Below, piece after piece: positions 16,192-25,507 of a stretch of 64,000 bases of DNA; position 1 is the stretch's first letter, and every line of letters starts with the position of its first letter. Source of the stretch: a virus. Below the pieces are notes generated by a model that was given only the letters and a program-made list of their open reading frames with translations, was not told the origin of the DNA and made no database searches. The position numbers and the translations under genes were made by a program. Where the stretch lies: the IMG/VR virus record IMGVR_UViG_3300026097_001223, positions 118,330 to 182,329 of that record; one strand, written 5' to 3'.

Positions 16192-18160
16192 AGCGGGTCC
16201 TCACGACAACCACACATTCCAAGCACCTGACCACAACGAAATAAAAGATTGGTGGGTAGGCCAGGGCGGCAGCATTGACAGTTATCTTTATTCAGAAAAC
16301 TCAACCACAGGATCGGACGGCGTGTTAGGCAATGAACACATCTGCATAAGAGACGATGTCAACAAAGTGTATGTGGGTCGTTCAGATGTCTGCGTTAATA
16401 GGTCAATGGACTCAACCTATAGTTATATACAGATCGACGAGATAGACTGGGCCACACAGGAATACATTGTGGGACAGACAGGTGACTTGATAGGCGACAC
16501 TTCTCAGTATTGGGATGGTTGTTATACAGTCAATCAAGGATGGGGTGGAACTTCAGGCGGATCATGTCCTACTATTAATGATCAATACGTTGGTGCGGCG
16601 GATGGACAGATTAACTTTGGTTATGTAGAACGCACACTAACAAACCTCGCCGCAATAAACATCGCACTGGAGCAGGCTGGTATTGAAGCAACAGGCTACA
16701 ACTATTCGTGGAGCATAAAGAACAACGATGCTGAATACAAAGACAGTGGTAATGGCAGAAACACACCAGATACGTTCTATGTGGAAGTGGTTATTCGTGA
16801 CACACAAGGAAATGCAGTGTTTTCTAAAACCTATGACTACAGTCAATATTACAGTAGTTGGACACCTGTTACAGGAGAGGAAACATTTGCCGATCCTTTT
16901 GATGTAAGCACACTGGAATCTATTCAACTGAATGTCACAGGTAAGGATTTGGGATACTGGGCAGGATACTATGGTCCAGAGTTCAAGGATCCTTCGATAA
17001 AACTTAACTACAGATACGCAGGCAATCCTGTGGCAGAAGAAAGCCTAGAGGATACGGTATTGCTGTCAGCACAGTGTTCAGCAGATCCTACATTCTCCCC
17101 AGAATGCCCAGGCTACAATGACGCATTTATGGCTAACATAAACACAGGAGCACCTACAATAGACGATGTCACAACTGGGATGCTAGATCCTATAACAGAC
17201 ACTGCTTCAACGGGAGGATTTTCTAATGACCCAATGGATACAACAAATAATGGATTGGTGGGAATGGCATCGTCTTCGCCAGCACCAGGATCAAATGTGC
17301 AAGAAACACAAGCCGCAACCTCAGATACAGCAACAGAATCAGTTGCAGAATCAACAGGCGAAACCAGCACAGGAGCAGGAAGATCACTGAATGCCAATGA
17401 ACTGAACGCACTCAGTGCCGCTGAAGATGTAGCCAGTGCCGCAACCAGCATAGCCGCAGAGAGTAGCACACAGAGTCTTACAAGCAGTAACACCGGCACT
17501 AGCACAGGGGCTCCTGGCACCACAGGCGGCTTTGACACCAACGGTGTTGCGGGTGCTTCTAACTTTGGTGGCGGCTTTGGCGGTAGCAGTTTTGGTTCAG
17601 ACAGCACCAACTCAGGAATGGATTCTAACATGGGCAACACAGGAATGGACAGCAACTCAGGCGATTCTGCTAGCATGGATCTTGCCATGGGCGGGTCAGT
17701 GCAAACTGAAGATATCACAGGTGAATCTGCACTGAGCGCATCAGAGCAGTTGACTCAAGGTGCTGACATGGCAGACATAGAACTGGCCAGTTTGGATTTG
17801 GATTTGATACGAGACATTGTGAACAGTGTTGCAGAACGCACACTACAAGATATCAAAGACGAACAAGAAGACAGTATGGAAGAAGCCAATGAGGCCAGCA
17901 TTGCACAAGCCAACGCAGAAGAAGATAGACTGGCACAGGCTGCAATGGCAGGCAGCACAGATGAATCAGCACTGGTAGCACTGTTGGGATATAATCCCGA
18001 CTTTAGAGCATATCAACAACCGCAAATGGCAGACGGTGATTTATACCCGCCAAAGGATATATACACGGACAAGAAAAACTATGACAATCCTGCAGCTCGA
18101 TTTTTCAATGGAGCCAGCGATGCAAAACACAAGTCGATGGTAAGGAGCCAATACAGATAA
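16112..18160 (+). CDS. large acidic exported hypothetical protein with Ser/Thr/Gly-rich linker (start uncertain)
   Basis: Long ORF overlapping the previous stop; possible signal peptide; globular N-half with Cys; low-complexity middle; C-terminal ALLGYNPDF...SD.KH..MV.SQY. Confidence 0.75.
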   Translation: MTHSRALAGAYSAVLCSCMLLVAPLSKAGPHDNHTFQAPDHNEIKDWWVGQGGSIDSYLYSENSTTGSDGVLGNEHICIRDDVNKVYVGRSDVCVNRSMDSTYSYIQIDEIDWATQEYIVGQTGDLIGDTSQYWDGCYTVNQGWGGTSGGSCPTINDQYVGAADGQINFGYVERTLTNLAAINIALEQAGIEATGYNYSWSIKNNDAEYKDSGNGRNTPDTFYVEVVIRDTQGNAVFSKTYDYSQYYSSWTPVTGEETFADPFDVSTLESIQLNVTGKDLGYWAGYYGPEFKDPSIKLNYRYAGNPVAEESLEDTVLLSAQCSADPTFSPECPGYNDAFMANINTGAPTIDDVTTGMLDPITDTASTGGFSNDPMDTTNNGLVGMASSSPAPGSNVQETQAATSDTATESVAESTGETSTGAGRSLNANELNALSAAEDVASAATSIAAESSTQSLTSSNTGTSTGAPGTTGGFDTNGVAGASNFGGGFGGSSFGSDSTNSGMDSNMGNTGMDSNSGDSASMDLAMGGSVQTEDITGESALSASEQLTQGADMADIELASLDLDLIRDIVNSVAERTLQDIKDEQEDSMEEANEASIAQANAEEDRLAQAAMAGSTDESALVALLGYNPDFRAYQQPQMADGDLYPPKDIYTDKKNYDNPAARFFNGASDAKHKSMVRSQYR

Positions 18161-18354
18161 TGGAAGCAATAATATTTGCAGGCGCACTCAGTTATTTTGG
18201 GTTTGCCGGAGCAGAATGGGCACATGAAAAAGTAGAAAAATACTTTGAAAAACAATCAGAACAAGTAGAACAACAAGAAGAAAATCGCCCAGCACAGGGC
18301 AAGATACGGCTGATTCAACGCGGAAAAGTCGTTGCCGAAACAAAACTAGATTGA
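18160..18354 (+). CDS. small hypothetical protein
   Basis: TAATG stop/start overlap; hydrophobic N-terminus. Confidence 0.55.
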   Translation: MEAIIFAGALSYFGFAGAEWAHEKVEKYFEKQSEQVEQQEENRPAQGKIRLIQRGKVVAETKLD

Positions 18355-18364
18355 GGAGTTATAC

Positions 18365-18742
18365 ATGGCAGAAGAAACAATCAAACCTACAACACCTGTA
18401 GAAAATGCAACCGTAACAGTGGACAAAGATGCCATTGATGGTGCAGATCTCAACGGAGACGGACACGTTTCTAAAGAAGAGATGGATATGCATTTAGAAT
18501 TTAAACGCAAAGAACTCGAAGACAAAGACGCACAGCGTGACGCAATTCGCAAGATGGCCTGGTTTTCACTGTTTGGTCTTCTGCTGTACCCAATTGGTAT
18601 TTTCCTTACCTCAGCGTTTGGCTTAGACACAGCAGCACAACTAATTGCTGACATTGCTCCAACTTATTTTGCTTCAATTGCAGTGTTGGTTTCTGCATTC
18701 TTTGGAGCTGATGCATTCGCTAACAAAGGCAAGAAACAATGA
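18365..18742 (+). CDS. EF-hand-containing small membrane protein (holin-like topology)
   Basis: Canonical loop DLNGDGHVSKEE followed by 2 TM helices and a basic C-terminus; GAGGAG RBS. Confidence 0.65.
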   Translation: MAEETIKPTTPVENATVTVDKDAIDGADLNGDGHVSKEEMDMHLEFKRKELEDKDAQRDAIRKMAWFSLFGLLLYPIGIFLTSAFGLDTAAQLIADIAPTYFASIAVLVSAFFGADAFANKGKKQ

Positions 18743-19203
18743 CACAAAATGAATATGACGTCGTTGTGATTAATGTGGTCGATGGCGACACTGTGGACGT
18801 GGACATTGATTTGGGCTTTGGTATTACACTAAGAGACGAACGAGTACGTATCATGGGCATTGACACAGAAGAAAGCCGCACGTCAGACAAGGTAGAAGAC
18901 TTGTTTGGCGAAACTGCTAAGGCTCGTGTGAAAGAACTTATGAAGTCTGGCGCCAAGCTCATTACCACTGAAGACAAGGGTGGTGAAGATATGAAAGGCA
19001 AGTTTGGTCGCATCCTGGGAGACTTCCGTCTACCAAGCGGCAAGACACTTACCGAAACTCTCATTGAGGAACATCTTGCCGTTCCCTATCACGGACAGAG
19101 CAAGGATGATATCCGAGCACAACACCTTGCCAACAGAGAGCAACTGCTCAATGAAGGTGTTGTTAGTAAAGAAGAATATGAAAAAAGGTTAAAAGATGAC
19201 TGA
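18739..19203 (+). CDS. thermonuclease (SNase-like)
   Basis: VVDGDT, RVRIMGIDTEE, GKFGRILG. Confidence 0.85.
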   Translation: MTQNEYDVVVINVVDGDTVDVDIDLGFGITLRDERVRIMGIDTEESRTSDKVEDLFGETAKARVKELMKSGAKLITTEDKGGEDMKGKFGRILGDFRLPSGKTLTETLIEEHLAVPYHGQSKDDIRAQHLANREQLLNEGVVSKEEYEKRLKDD

Positions 19204-19933
19204 TCATATCAAACACTGCCATTTAATGGCCCGGTGCGCCGGAACGGCTTATCTTGATGGTGCAGACGCCAAGGCAAAATTCAAAGAGTTAGGATTCACT
19301 GGACACAAGTTTTTTGACAAAGATGGTGCACAGTGTCATGCAGTTTGGAACACTGACATGTATGTGTTGTGTTTTAGAGGAACAGAACCAGATGAACTCA
19401 GTGACATTAAAGCTGATCTCAATGCTTGGCCAGATCGCGGCGAAAGCGGCGGGTTGGTTCACAACGGCTTTCAGAATGAAGTTGACAAGCTGTGGAGCGA
19501 TATAGAAAAGCATGTTGAAAAAAACTGCAAAGACAAACTGTTTTACATCTGTGGTCACAGCCTAGGTGGTGCAATGGCTAGTGTAGCCGGCAGCAGATAC
19601 AAAGATTCTGTGCACTGTGTATACACCTACGGTTCTCCTCGAGTTGGCAACGGCGCCTGGGTACGCAGCTGGAAAGATGTTCCACACTATAGACACAAAA
19701 ACAACAATGACATTGTAACCAGTGTGCCGTTTTGGTTCATGGGCTATAGACATCACGGGTCGTTGCGCTACATCAACTTTTACGGTAATGTCCGCAAGTT
19801 GACACCCTGGCAAAAGATCAAAGACAGCTGGAGAGGACGCTGGGCAGCATTGTGCACAGGTTCACCGTTTGACGGAGTAGCTGATCACGACATTGGTGCT
19901 TACATTGAATTTACAGGACGAAACAATGATTGA
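19196..19933 (+). CDS. lipase class 3 family
   Basis: CFRGTE, VHNGF, GHSLGG nucleophile elbow, TYGSPRVG, NNDIV..VP, DHDI. Confidence 0.9.
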   Translation: MTDHIKHCHLMARCAGTAYLDGADAKAKFKELGFTGHKFFDKDGAQCHAVWNTDMYVLCFRGTEPDELSDIKADLNAWPDRGESGGLVHNGFQNEVDKLWSDIEKHVEKNCKDKLFYICGHSLGGAMASVAGSRYKDSVHCVYTYGSPRVGNGAWVRSWKDVPHYRHKNNNDIVTSVPFWFMGYRHHGSLRYINFYGNVRKLTPWQKIKDSWRGRWAALCTGSPFDGVADHDIGAYIEFTGRNND

Positions 19934-20195
19934 CCGACTATTTGATGATACACTGTGGATATATACAGCAATACTTGGCTCAGTGTTTGGTGCAGCATTT
20001 CTTGCATACTTTAAAGACACAAGAGCAGGGCTATGGTGCTACGCCAAGCTGGATGAAACGCTGGATTTTCTTGTTGAGCGCTGGGGCTGGACTTGGTTTG
20101 AACAACCCGTGGATGCATGGCGTAAAAAGTATCCATATGTTACCAAAAAAATTGACGAATTAGAAAAACGCATAGAGGAGCTAGAACAAAAATGA
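19926..20195 (+). CDS. hypothetical membrane protein with C-terminal coiled coil
   Basis: One TM; KKIDELEKRIEELE. Confidence 0.65.
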   Translation: MIDRLFDDTLWIYTAILGSVFGAAFLAYFKDTRAGLWCYAKLDETLDFLVERWGWTWFEQPVDAWRKKYPYVTKKIDELEKRIEELEQK

Positions 20196-20353
20196 GTTGG
20201 ATTAAAGACAGACTATTTGAAAGAACAACCTGGGACGGCGCTGTTCTCATTGGTGCAGGACTGGCATTTTTGCTGTTCAAGCCAATTGCAAGTCTAGTAG
20301 CATATGGTGCAATAGCATATGGTGCTTGGACTTTATACACTAAAGAAAAATAA
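20192..20353 (+). CDS. 53-aa two-TM membrane protein (not in the ORF track)
   Basis: MSWIKDRLFERTTWDGAVLIGAGLAFLLFKPIASLVAYGAIAYGAWTLYTKEK; ATGA overlap with the upstream stop. Confidence 0.65.
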   Translation: MSWIKDRLFERTTWDGAVLIGAGLAFLLFKPIASLVAYGAIAYGAWTLYTKEK

Positions 20354-20368
20354 CAAAGGAATGGAAGA

Positions 20369-20989
20369 ATGGCTGACAAAGATCTAGGCGAAAGCATCGA
20401 AAACTTCGAGAACGAAGTAGAAAATCTAAAAAATACAAAGATGAAGATTTTTGGCATATCAATGACCCCAACCAATATAGGTGCGGCCTTGGCCCTGGTG
20501 TCAGCTATTCTTGGCACACTGTATGGCGCATTTGAAAGTTACAAAGCATTTCAAGAAATGAGCGAAAAGCTAGAAAAAATGGACATTGAAGCAGTAGAAG
20601 CTCGCAATGTTGCTATTGAAACCAAACTAGCTGATGCTATTGACTACACTCGCGACATTAAGAACGGACTGCGGGACGACATACTGCGAATCGAACAACA
20701 GGTCAACAGAATGGAAGACAAGGTAGAGGACAGCGAAGACCGTGTTAAAGACAGCCAAGACGCTATTGAAACACATCTAGAAACCATTCGTGACGAAATG
20801 AACGACGTAAGAAAGGATGTGGCACAGAGCACCCGTGAGATTGAAGGTCTAATGCGCGAAACTGAAAAAGACGTTCGTGATACCATGCGTAGCACAGAAG
20901 ACAGAATTGATTCAGACATGCGTCAACTTGACAAGGATCTTAACGAAAAGTTGCAGGAGGCATTAGACAACCCTCTTAACGATATGTAA
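20369..20989 (+). CDS. membrane-anchored coiled-coil protein
   Basis: AAGGA RBS; single TM, then a long heptad-rich region. Confidence 0.75.
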   Translation: MADKDLGESIENFENEVENLKNTKMKIFGISMTPTNIGAALALVSAILGTLYGAFESYKAFQEMSEKLEKMDIEAVEARNVAIETKLADAIDYTRDIKNGLRDDILRIEQQVNRMEDKVEDSEDRVKDSQDAIETHLETIRDEMNDVRKDVAQSTREIEGLMRETEKDVRDTMRSTEDRIDSDMRQLDKDLNEKLQEALDNPLNDM

Positions 20990-21050
20990 TCGAAAAAATA
21001 TTTGAGTGCACAAGAGCAACCTAAGTTGCCGCGCACAGGAGCTAGAAAAA

Positions 21051-21488
21051 ATGATCGCTGAATTAGCAGCCGCTAATGCCGCGTTTGATGTTATCAAGCA
21101 AAGCATTCAGAACGGCAAAGAAATCTACGAGGCTGGCGAAGCAGTTGCGGAATACTTCGGACTAAAAAACGAAATACAAAAACGAGCACACGAACACGGA
21201 TACAAAAGTGATCTTCAAGCGTTCATGGCCGCTGAACAACTCAAGAAACAAGAAGATGAATTGAAGAACATGATGATCTATCAAGGCCGCGGCGGCATGT
21301 GGAACGACTGGCTAAAGTTTCAATCAGACATGAAAAAATCTCGCGACGAAGAAGCTAGACAAAAGAAATTGGCAAAAGCCAAACGCAAGAAAGTGTTGAT
21401 AAATGTTTTAATTATCGCCAGTGCAGTAGTTGGAACTGGTGCACTTGTTGCTGCAGGAATTTATTTGTTAATTGCCTTAGCAAAATAA
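21051..21488 (+). CDS. hypothetical protein with C-terminal TM
   Basis: AGGAG RBS before ATG 21051; coiled coil, basic stretch, TM. Confidence 0.7.
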   Translation: MIAELAAANAAFDVIKQSIQNGKEIYEAGEAVAEYFGLKNEIQKRAHEHGYKSDLQAFMAAEQLKKQEDELKNMMIYQGRGGMWNDWLKFQSDMKKSRDEEARQKKLAKAKRKKVLINVLIIASAVVGTGALVAAGIYLLIALAK

Positions 21489-21497
21489 TTATGTGTT

Positions 21498-22229
21498 ATG
21501 GATAAGTTTAAAATTTATGATAATGATAAAAATCTCGGCAGACCATACAAAACAAAATGGGCTGGGATGGACAATGAAGATTTGTTCAATCATAATAAAA
21601 AACTTATGGAAAAAACAAGTCCGCATTGGATATATTTTACTAAAGATGTCTCTTACATAAGAAACAGCAACGGATTTAGAGAAAAATCATTTTCAGACGT
21701 TGACTGGGTAAACAGTATTGTGCTGTTTGGATGCTCGACTGTCGAAGGAGTAGGCGTAGCTGAAGAAGACAGTCTGCCCCGACAATTAGAATCGTTAATG
21801 AATATTCCAGTTGTAAACATGGGCATAGGAGGAGCAGCTGTAGATATAACATGCTGGAACTCTACAATTTTACATGATCACTACCCTATTCCTCGAGCTA
21901 TTGTGCATGTCTGGACTGGACTAGATAGATACAGCGACCTAACGGATGCCGGCACTTACAAAAAATCAAATCCAACCAGTAACGATTATCAAATTGTCCT
22001 AAATTGGGCACATAGGTCATTGGAATACATTAGGTCTGACAGAGCCATGTGGAAAAACAAAACTTTTTATATTGAAGGAACCTACTTTCGCGGAAACTAC
22101 GACGATCGGATAATGAAATTTAAAACAATTGATCTAGCCAGAGACTTATCGCATCCTGGTATACAAAGTCACAAACAAGCAGCCGCGAAAATAAAAGAAA
22201 GATTGTTAGAACAAGGGTTTCGCAAGTGA
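21498..22229 (+). CDS. SGNH-like phage protein
   Basis: NSNGFR, LFGCSTVEGVG, NMGIGGA, ARDLSHPG. Confidence 0.55.
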   Translation: MDKFKIYDNDKNLGRPYKTKWAGMDNEDLFNHNKKLMEKTSPHWIYFTKDVSYIRNSNGFREKSFSDVDWVNSIVLFGCSTVEGVGVAEEDSLPRQLESLMNIPVVNMGIGGAAVDITCWNSTILHDHYPIPRAIVHVWTGLDRYSDLTDAGTYKKSNPTSNDYQIVLNWAHRSLEYIRSDRAMWKNKTFYIEGTYFRGNYDDRIMKFKTIDLARDLSHPGIQSHKQAAAKIKERLLEQGFRK

Positions 22230-22278
22230 ATGGTTTATATATTGTTCTAGTACATTTATTATTTTTACAACATAAAGG

Positions 22279-22307
22279 TTGCAATACCAGTATAACTAGC
22301 ATATAAT
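22279..22307 (+). promoter_or_regulatory. sigma70-type promoter
   Basis: TTGCAA, 17 nt spacer, TATAAT. Confidence 0.75.
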
Positions 22308-22312
22308 ACTAG

Positions 22313-22398
22313 TATGCTGTAAAAAGCATATCCGCTGCTCAATTCCCACTGAGCACCGTCAAGAAGGTTGACTCCCAATCAACCTTCTTGCTTTGCTT
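22313..22398 (+). ncRNA. candidate small RNA or structured 5' leader with three hairpins
   Basis: TATGCT/AGCATA; TGCTCA-ATTCCCAC-TGAGCA; CAAGAAGGTTGA-CTCCCAA-TCAACCTTCTTG plus a T-rich tail. Begins about 6 nt after the -10 box. Confidence 0.55.
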
Positions 22399-22411
22399 AC
22401 TTGGAGATAAT

Positions 22412-22735
22412 ATGGATCTATTTTTACAATTTTTGACAACCATGGCCATAATGTATGCATTCATGCGTGTAGGACATTCGCTATCCAGTATACCACAAGA
22501 AGATTTAGAGCCAGTGGACGAAGATAATTTTGTAATTCTAGGTTACATTACACGGGAACAGGATGTCTTTTATGTGTGGAATTATGCCACAGATGAATTT
22601 CTTGGACAAGGCCGAACAAAGCATGAGCTCGAAGGTCATTTGCGAAGCAATTTGGATGAGTTGTATCAGCAGCTAAACATTGTAGACAAAGACAACGGAA
22701 TCACTCTGCAGGCATATCGTGAGCTTAACCAATAA
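22412..22735 (+). CDS. hypothetical protein with N-terminal TM
   Basis: GGAG RBS before ATG 22412. Confidence 0.65.
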   Translation: MDLFLQFLTTMAIMYAFMRVGHSLSSIPQEDLEPVDEDNFVILGYITREQDVFYVWNYATDEFLGQGRTKHELEGHLRSNLDELYQQLNIVDKDNGITLQAYRELNQ

Positions 22736-22919
22736 TATCATTACACTACCTCAAGAGAAAACATTAATAGAATGGTTTCACTGGCTGAGCAATCATGGAT
22801 TTTATATCAAAGAACACTACGGATGGGTAAGTACAGACACAGGACTTGGTGTCCAGTTTTTCAAAGAAAGTCATGCTAACAGTGTTAGAAGTTTAATGGT
22901 TCTTAAACGCAATACGTAA
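22719..22919 (+). CDS. hypothetical protein
   Basis: GTG start overlapping the upstream gene. Confidence 0.5.
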   Translation: MSLTNNIITLPQEKTLIEWFHWLSNHGFYIKEHYGWVSTDTGLGVQFFKESHANSVRSLMVLKRNT

Positions 22920-22936
22920 CTCTATCGGAGAGATAA

Positions 22937-23221
22937 ATGAGTGTTAAAAATTTAGCCAACGAAGCAGAACGCATGCTTGCAAATCTTTCTCTGAGAGATA
23001 AGTACAACCTATTTGAAATTGTGTTGCAACAGCTCGGAAAACGACAATCACCCGAGAAACAAGCAGAACTTAATGCGGTGTATCGGGCAATAGTGCAAGA
23101 TCGAGACACTGACAAGACCACGCTTAGGCAAAAAGAACGTGGGTATCAGAACAGTATCAGTGATGACATACGTGGCGGTGATTTGACTGGCAATGCTCGG
23201 AAAAACAGGAAAAAGGCATGA
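22937..23221 (+). CDS. hypothetical protein
   Basis: GGAG RBS. Confidence 0.65.
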   Translation: MSVKNLANEAERMLANLSLRDKYNLFEIVLQQLGKRQSPEKQAELNAVYRAIVQDRDTDKTTLRQKERGYQNSISDDIRGGDLTGNARKNRKKA

Positions 23222-23922
23222 AAGCACGAATTAGAAAGTACCCAACTTGGTTTGGTCCACATCACTTAGTTGAAAAGATCTTCTTCTGGGCAGAAAGCTG
23301 GGATGAATACGGATTGCCAGATCGTCCACAGTGGGTCCACAATGCCGGATCGTGGTATGCGGATACCTGGCTGGGTAGAGGACATTCTTGGTTGGCTGAA
23401 CGGTATATGGCGTGGCAGGAAGGTCGTCGTGTGAGTGTAAAACTTGATTCCTGGGATACTTGGAATGCCGACGACACACTGGCACATATTGTGTTGCCTA
23501 TGCTGGTTGATCTTAAACTGACCAAGCAAGGTGCTCCTAATGTTGATCCGGAAGATGTTCCAGAGAATCTTCGACCAGGCAAACTTGAAGTAGAACAGTA
23601 CAAGATGGATGGCACCGCAGATGCACTGTTCTTTAAGCGTTGGGATTATGTCCTAGACGAAATGATTTGGGCGTTCTCAGAACATGTCAAAGATTACGAC
23701 GAAGCAGAAGGACGGTTCCACACAGGCACAATTGACATGTTAAGTGTGCCCGTTGACGAAGCGGGCAATGAAGTTGCCGAGAAAGATGCCAAATACTTCC
23801 GCATGGATCGTGGACCCAACGACACCAGCCATTTTGACAAAGCAGGCTGGGAAGTGTATCATAATCGCAAGCAGAACGGATTCAGACTTTTTGGCAAATA
23901 CTACACCTGTCTGTGGAGTTAA
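23218..23922 (+). CDS. Trp-rich phage hypothetical protein
   Basis: WDTWNADDTLAHIVLPML...WDYVLDEMIWAF...GFRLFGKYY..LW pattern. Confidence 0.75.
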   Translation: MKARIRKYPTWFGPHHLVEKIFFWAESWDEYGLPDRPQWVHNAGSWYADTWLGRGHSWLAERYMAWQEGRRVSVKLDSWDTWNADDTLAHIVLPMLVDLKLTKQGAPNVDPEDVPENLRPGKLEVEQYKMDGTADALFFKRWDYVLDEMIWAFSEHVKDYDEAEGRFHTGTIDMLSVPVDEAGNEVAEKDAKYFRMDRGPNDTSHFDKAGWEVYHNRKQNGFRLFGKYYTCLWS

Positions 23923-23947
23923 ATATCGCCACACCTACTGAGGCACT

Positions 23948-24370
23948 ATGAATAAAATGGAACAAGTATTAAGCGAAAAACCTGACATTGAACAGGAGCA
24001 TGTTCATGTTGACGAAGACAGTCCTCGTATTAGCACACGAGCCACTCAGCTGGCTATGGAGTTGTCAAAAGAGAAAAAACGTCTCAACGAAGAACTCAGT
24101 GCCCTGCAAGCAGAATATGAAAATCTTGCTCCTACTACACCAGTAGGAACCGTTGACTGGTATATCAAATGGGTAGCAGTGGTTGCGGCTGTGAGCGGTA
24201 TTTTCATTACCAGTGCTGGCCTTTTTATTGTCGGGCAACTGTTGTATCTACTGGGCAGTATAAGTTGGACAGTTGTTGGTATCTACTGGAATGACAAGGC
24301 CATTATACTGGGCAGTATTATTCCTGCAACTGCTGTAGCACTCAACTTAGTTAGGACACTGTTTTCGTGA
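23948..24370 (+). CDS. hypothetical membrane protein
   Basis: GAGG RBS; coiled coil then 3 TM (WYIKWVA...W..VGIYWNDKA). Confidence 0.7.
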   Translation: MNKMEQVLSEKPDIEQEHVHVDEDSPRISTRATQLAMELSKEKKRLNEELSALQAEYENLAPTTPVGTVDWYIKWVAVVAAVSGIFITSAGLFIVGQLLYLLGSISWTVVGIYWNDKAIILGSIIPATAVALNLVRTLFS

Positions 24371-24816
24371 CTGCACCGAAACGTAGAAAGCCTGATAATG
24401 TAGCCGATAATCCAATGGACAAAGCATACGGTACTAATGTTGGTGCCCCTGCTATTACTTTACCCGATGTAGACGGATATAAAAAAGGCATTGCAGCAGA
24501 AGCCAGTCATAGATTTCACACACGCTATCGAGAGCTAGAGCAAGAGTATATAACACTTATGGAAGAAGCTGAATATAACGACAGACTTATAAATGCAACC
24601 ATTGCATTCAAGCCAACCATCGGCACAGTGTACTATCTTTACAACAACGGCAATGATTTCATCAGCATGCTTTCCCCCGACGACTGGGGCGAAAGTTATA
24701 TGCAAAATAAAACTTTTGTTGGCGCTTTTTGCATCATGTCGGACAATGTTTGGAAGCAGATTCCTTATCCTCCTGAACCAGATAAAACCATTGATTCTTT
24801 TATAGAAAAAGATTGA
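24367..24816 (+). CDS. DUF2452-like protein
   Basis: INATIAFKPTIGTVYYLY...FISMLSP.DW. Confidence 0.55.
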   Translation: MTAPKRRKPDNVADNPMDKAYGTNVGAPAITLPDVDGYKKGIAAEASHRFHTRYRELEQEYITLMEEAEYNDRLINATIAFKPTIGTVYYLYNNGNDFISMLSPDDWGESYMQNKTFVGAFCIMSDNVWKQIPYPPEPDKTIDSFIEKD

Positions 24817-24841
24817 CAACTCGGATCCTTTTTGCTACTAT
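24813..24841 (+). promoter_or_regulatory. sigma70-type early promoter
   Basis: TTGACA, 17 nt spacer, extended TGnTACTAT. Confidence 0.75.
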
Positions 24842-24872
24842 AATTGCATAGTTAGGACAAAGGACACACAGT

Positions 24873-25505
24873 ATGTTTTCGCAAGAACAAGTTTGGGCAG
24901 GCGCTGTTATGGCACACAAACTCAACGGTGGGTACTATAATAAAACACGTTGTTTTTATGAAGGCAGCCTTGACAAACACCAGCGACGCAGTAACACTGC
25001 ACTGATCATGAGTGCGCTCAAAGAAGAAAGCGACTTTGACCCAGGGTTAATCAAACAAGGTCAAACTGTTCGCTCTTATCTCAGTCGAATCTACACAGGC
25101 AAAAGTCTTGCCAGCAATCTCAATGAGTTCGAAAGCAAAGATGCTAGTGTGATCAGTAAAACCGAGTTCGGCACAGACGATGTGTTTGACGTAGCCAACG
25201 TGGCCCGTTTGATTCAACGCTATGAAGAGTTTCTTGCCACAGAACACTGTTTGAGTCGTGTTCCTGAAAACTGCATAGGCGAAGTCAAGCAACGCAGAGA
25301 TTTTGATATGTCAGTTGTAAGCAGTACCTACAGTACAAAATACGACAGTTATATTGTAAAAGGCATTGTCAATGACAAAGTGCCTGTAATGTTCTTCTAT
25401 AAGAAGCCTTTGGAAAATAACATCACAGTGTCAGCTCGTGCTACTGTTAAACGTTATAGTCCAGACATTGTTCAACTAAATCGAGTAATCATAAACGAGG
25501 GATAA
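24873..25505 (+). CDS. hypothetical protein, C-terminal OB-fold-like beta domain
   Basis: AAGGA RBS; C-terminal beta-strand pattern ending VQLNRV. Confidence 0.65.
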   Translation: MFSQEQVWAGAVMAHKLNGGYYNKTRCFYEGSLDKHQRRSNTALIMSALKEESDFDPGLIKQGQTVRSYLSRIYTGKSLASNLNEFESKDASVISKTEFGTDDVFDVANVARLIQRYEEFLATEHCLSRVPENCIGEVKQRRDFDMSVVSSTYSTKYDSYIVKGIVNDKVPVMFFYKKPLENNITVSARATVKRYSPDIVQLNRVIINEG

Positions 25506-25507
25506 TC

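Noticed and set aside
21004-21047. Small nested hairpin GTGC..GCAAC-CTAA-GTTGC..GCAC upstream of gene 21051
   Set aside because: Short, with no promoter or U-tract and no recognisable riboswitch motif; insufficient support.
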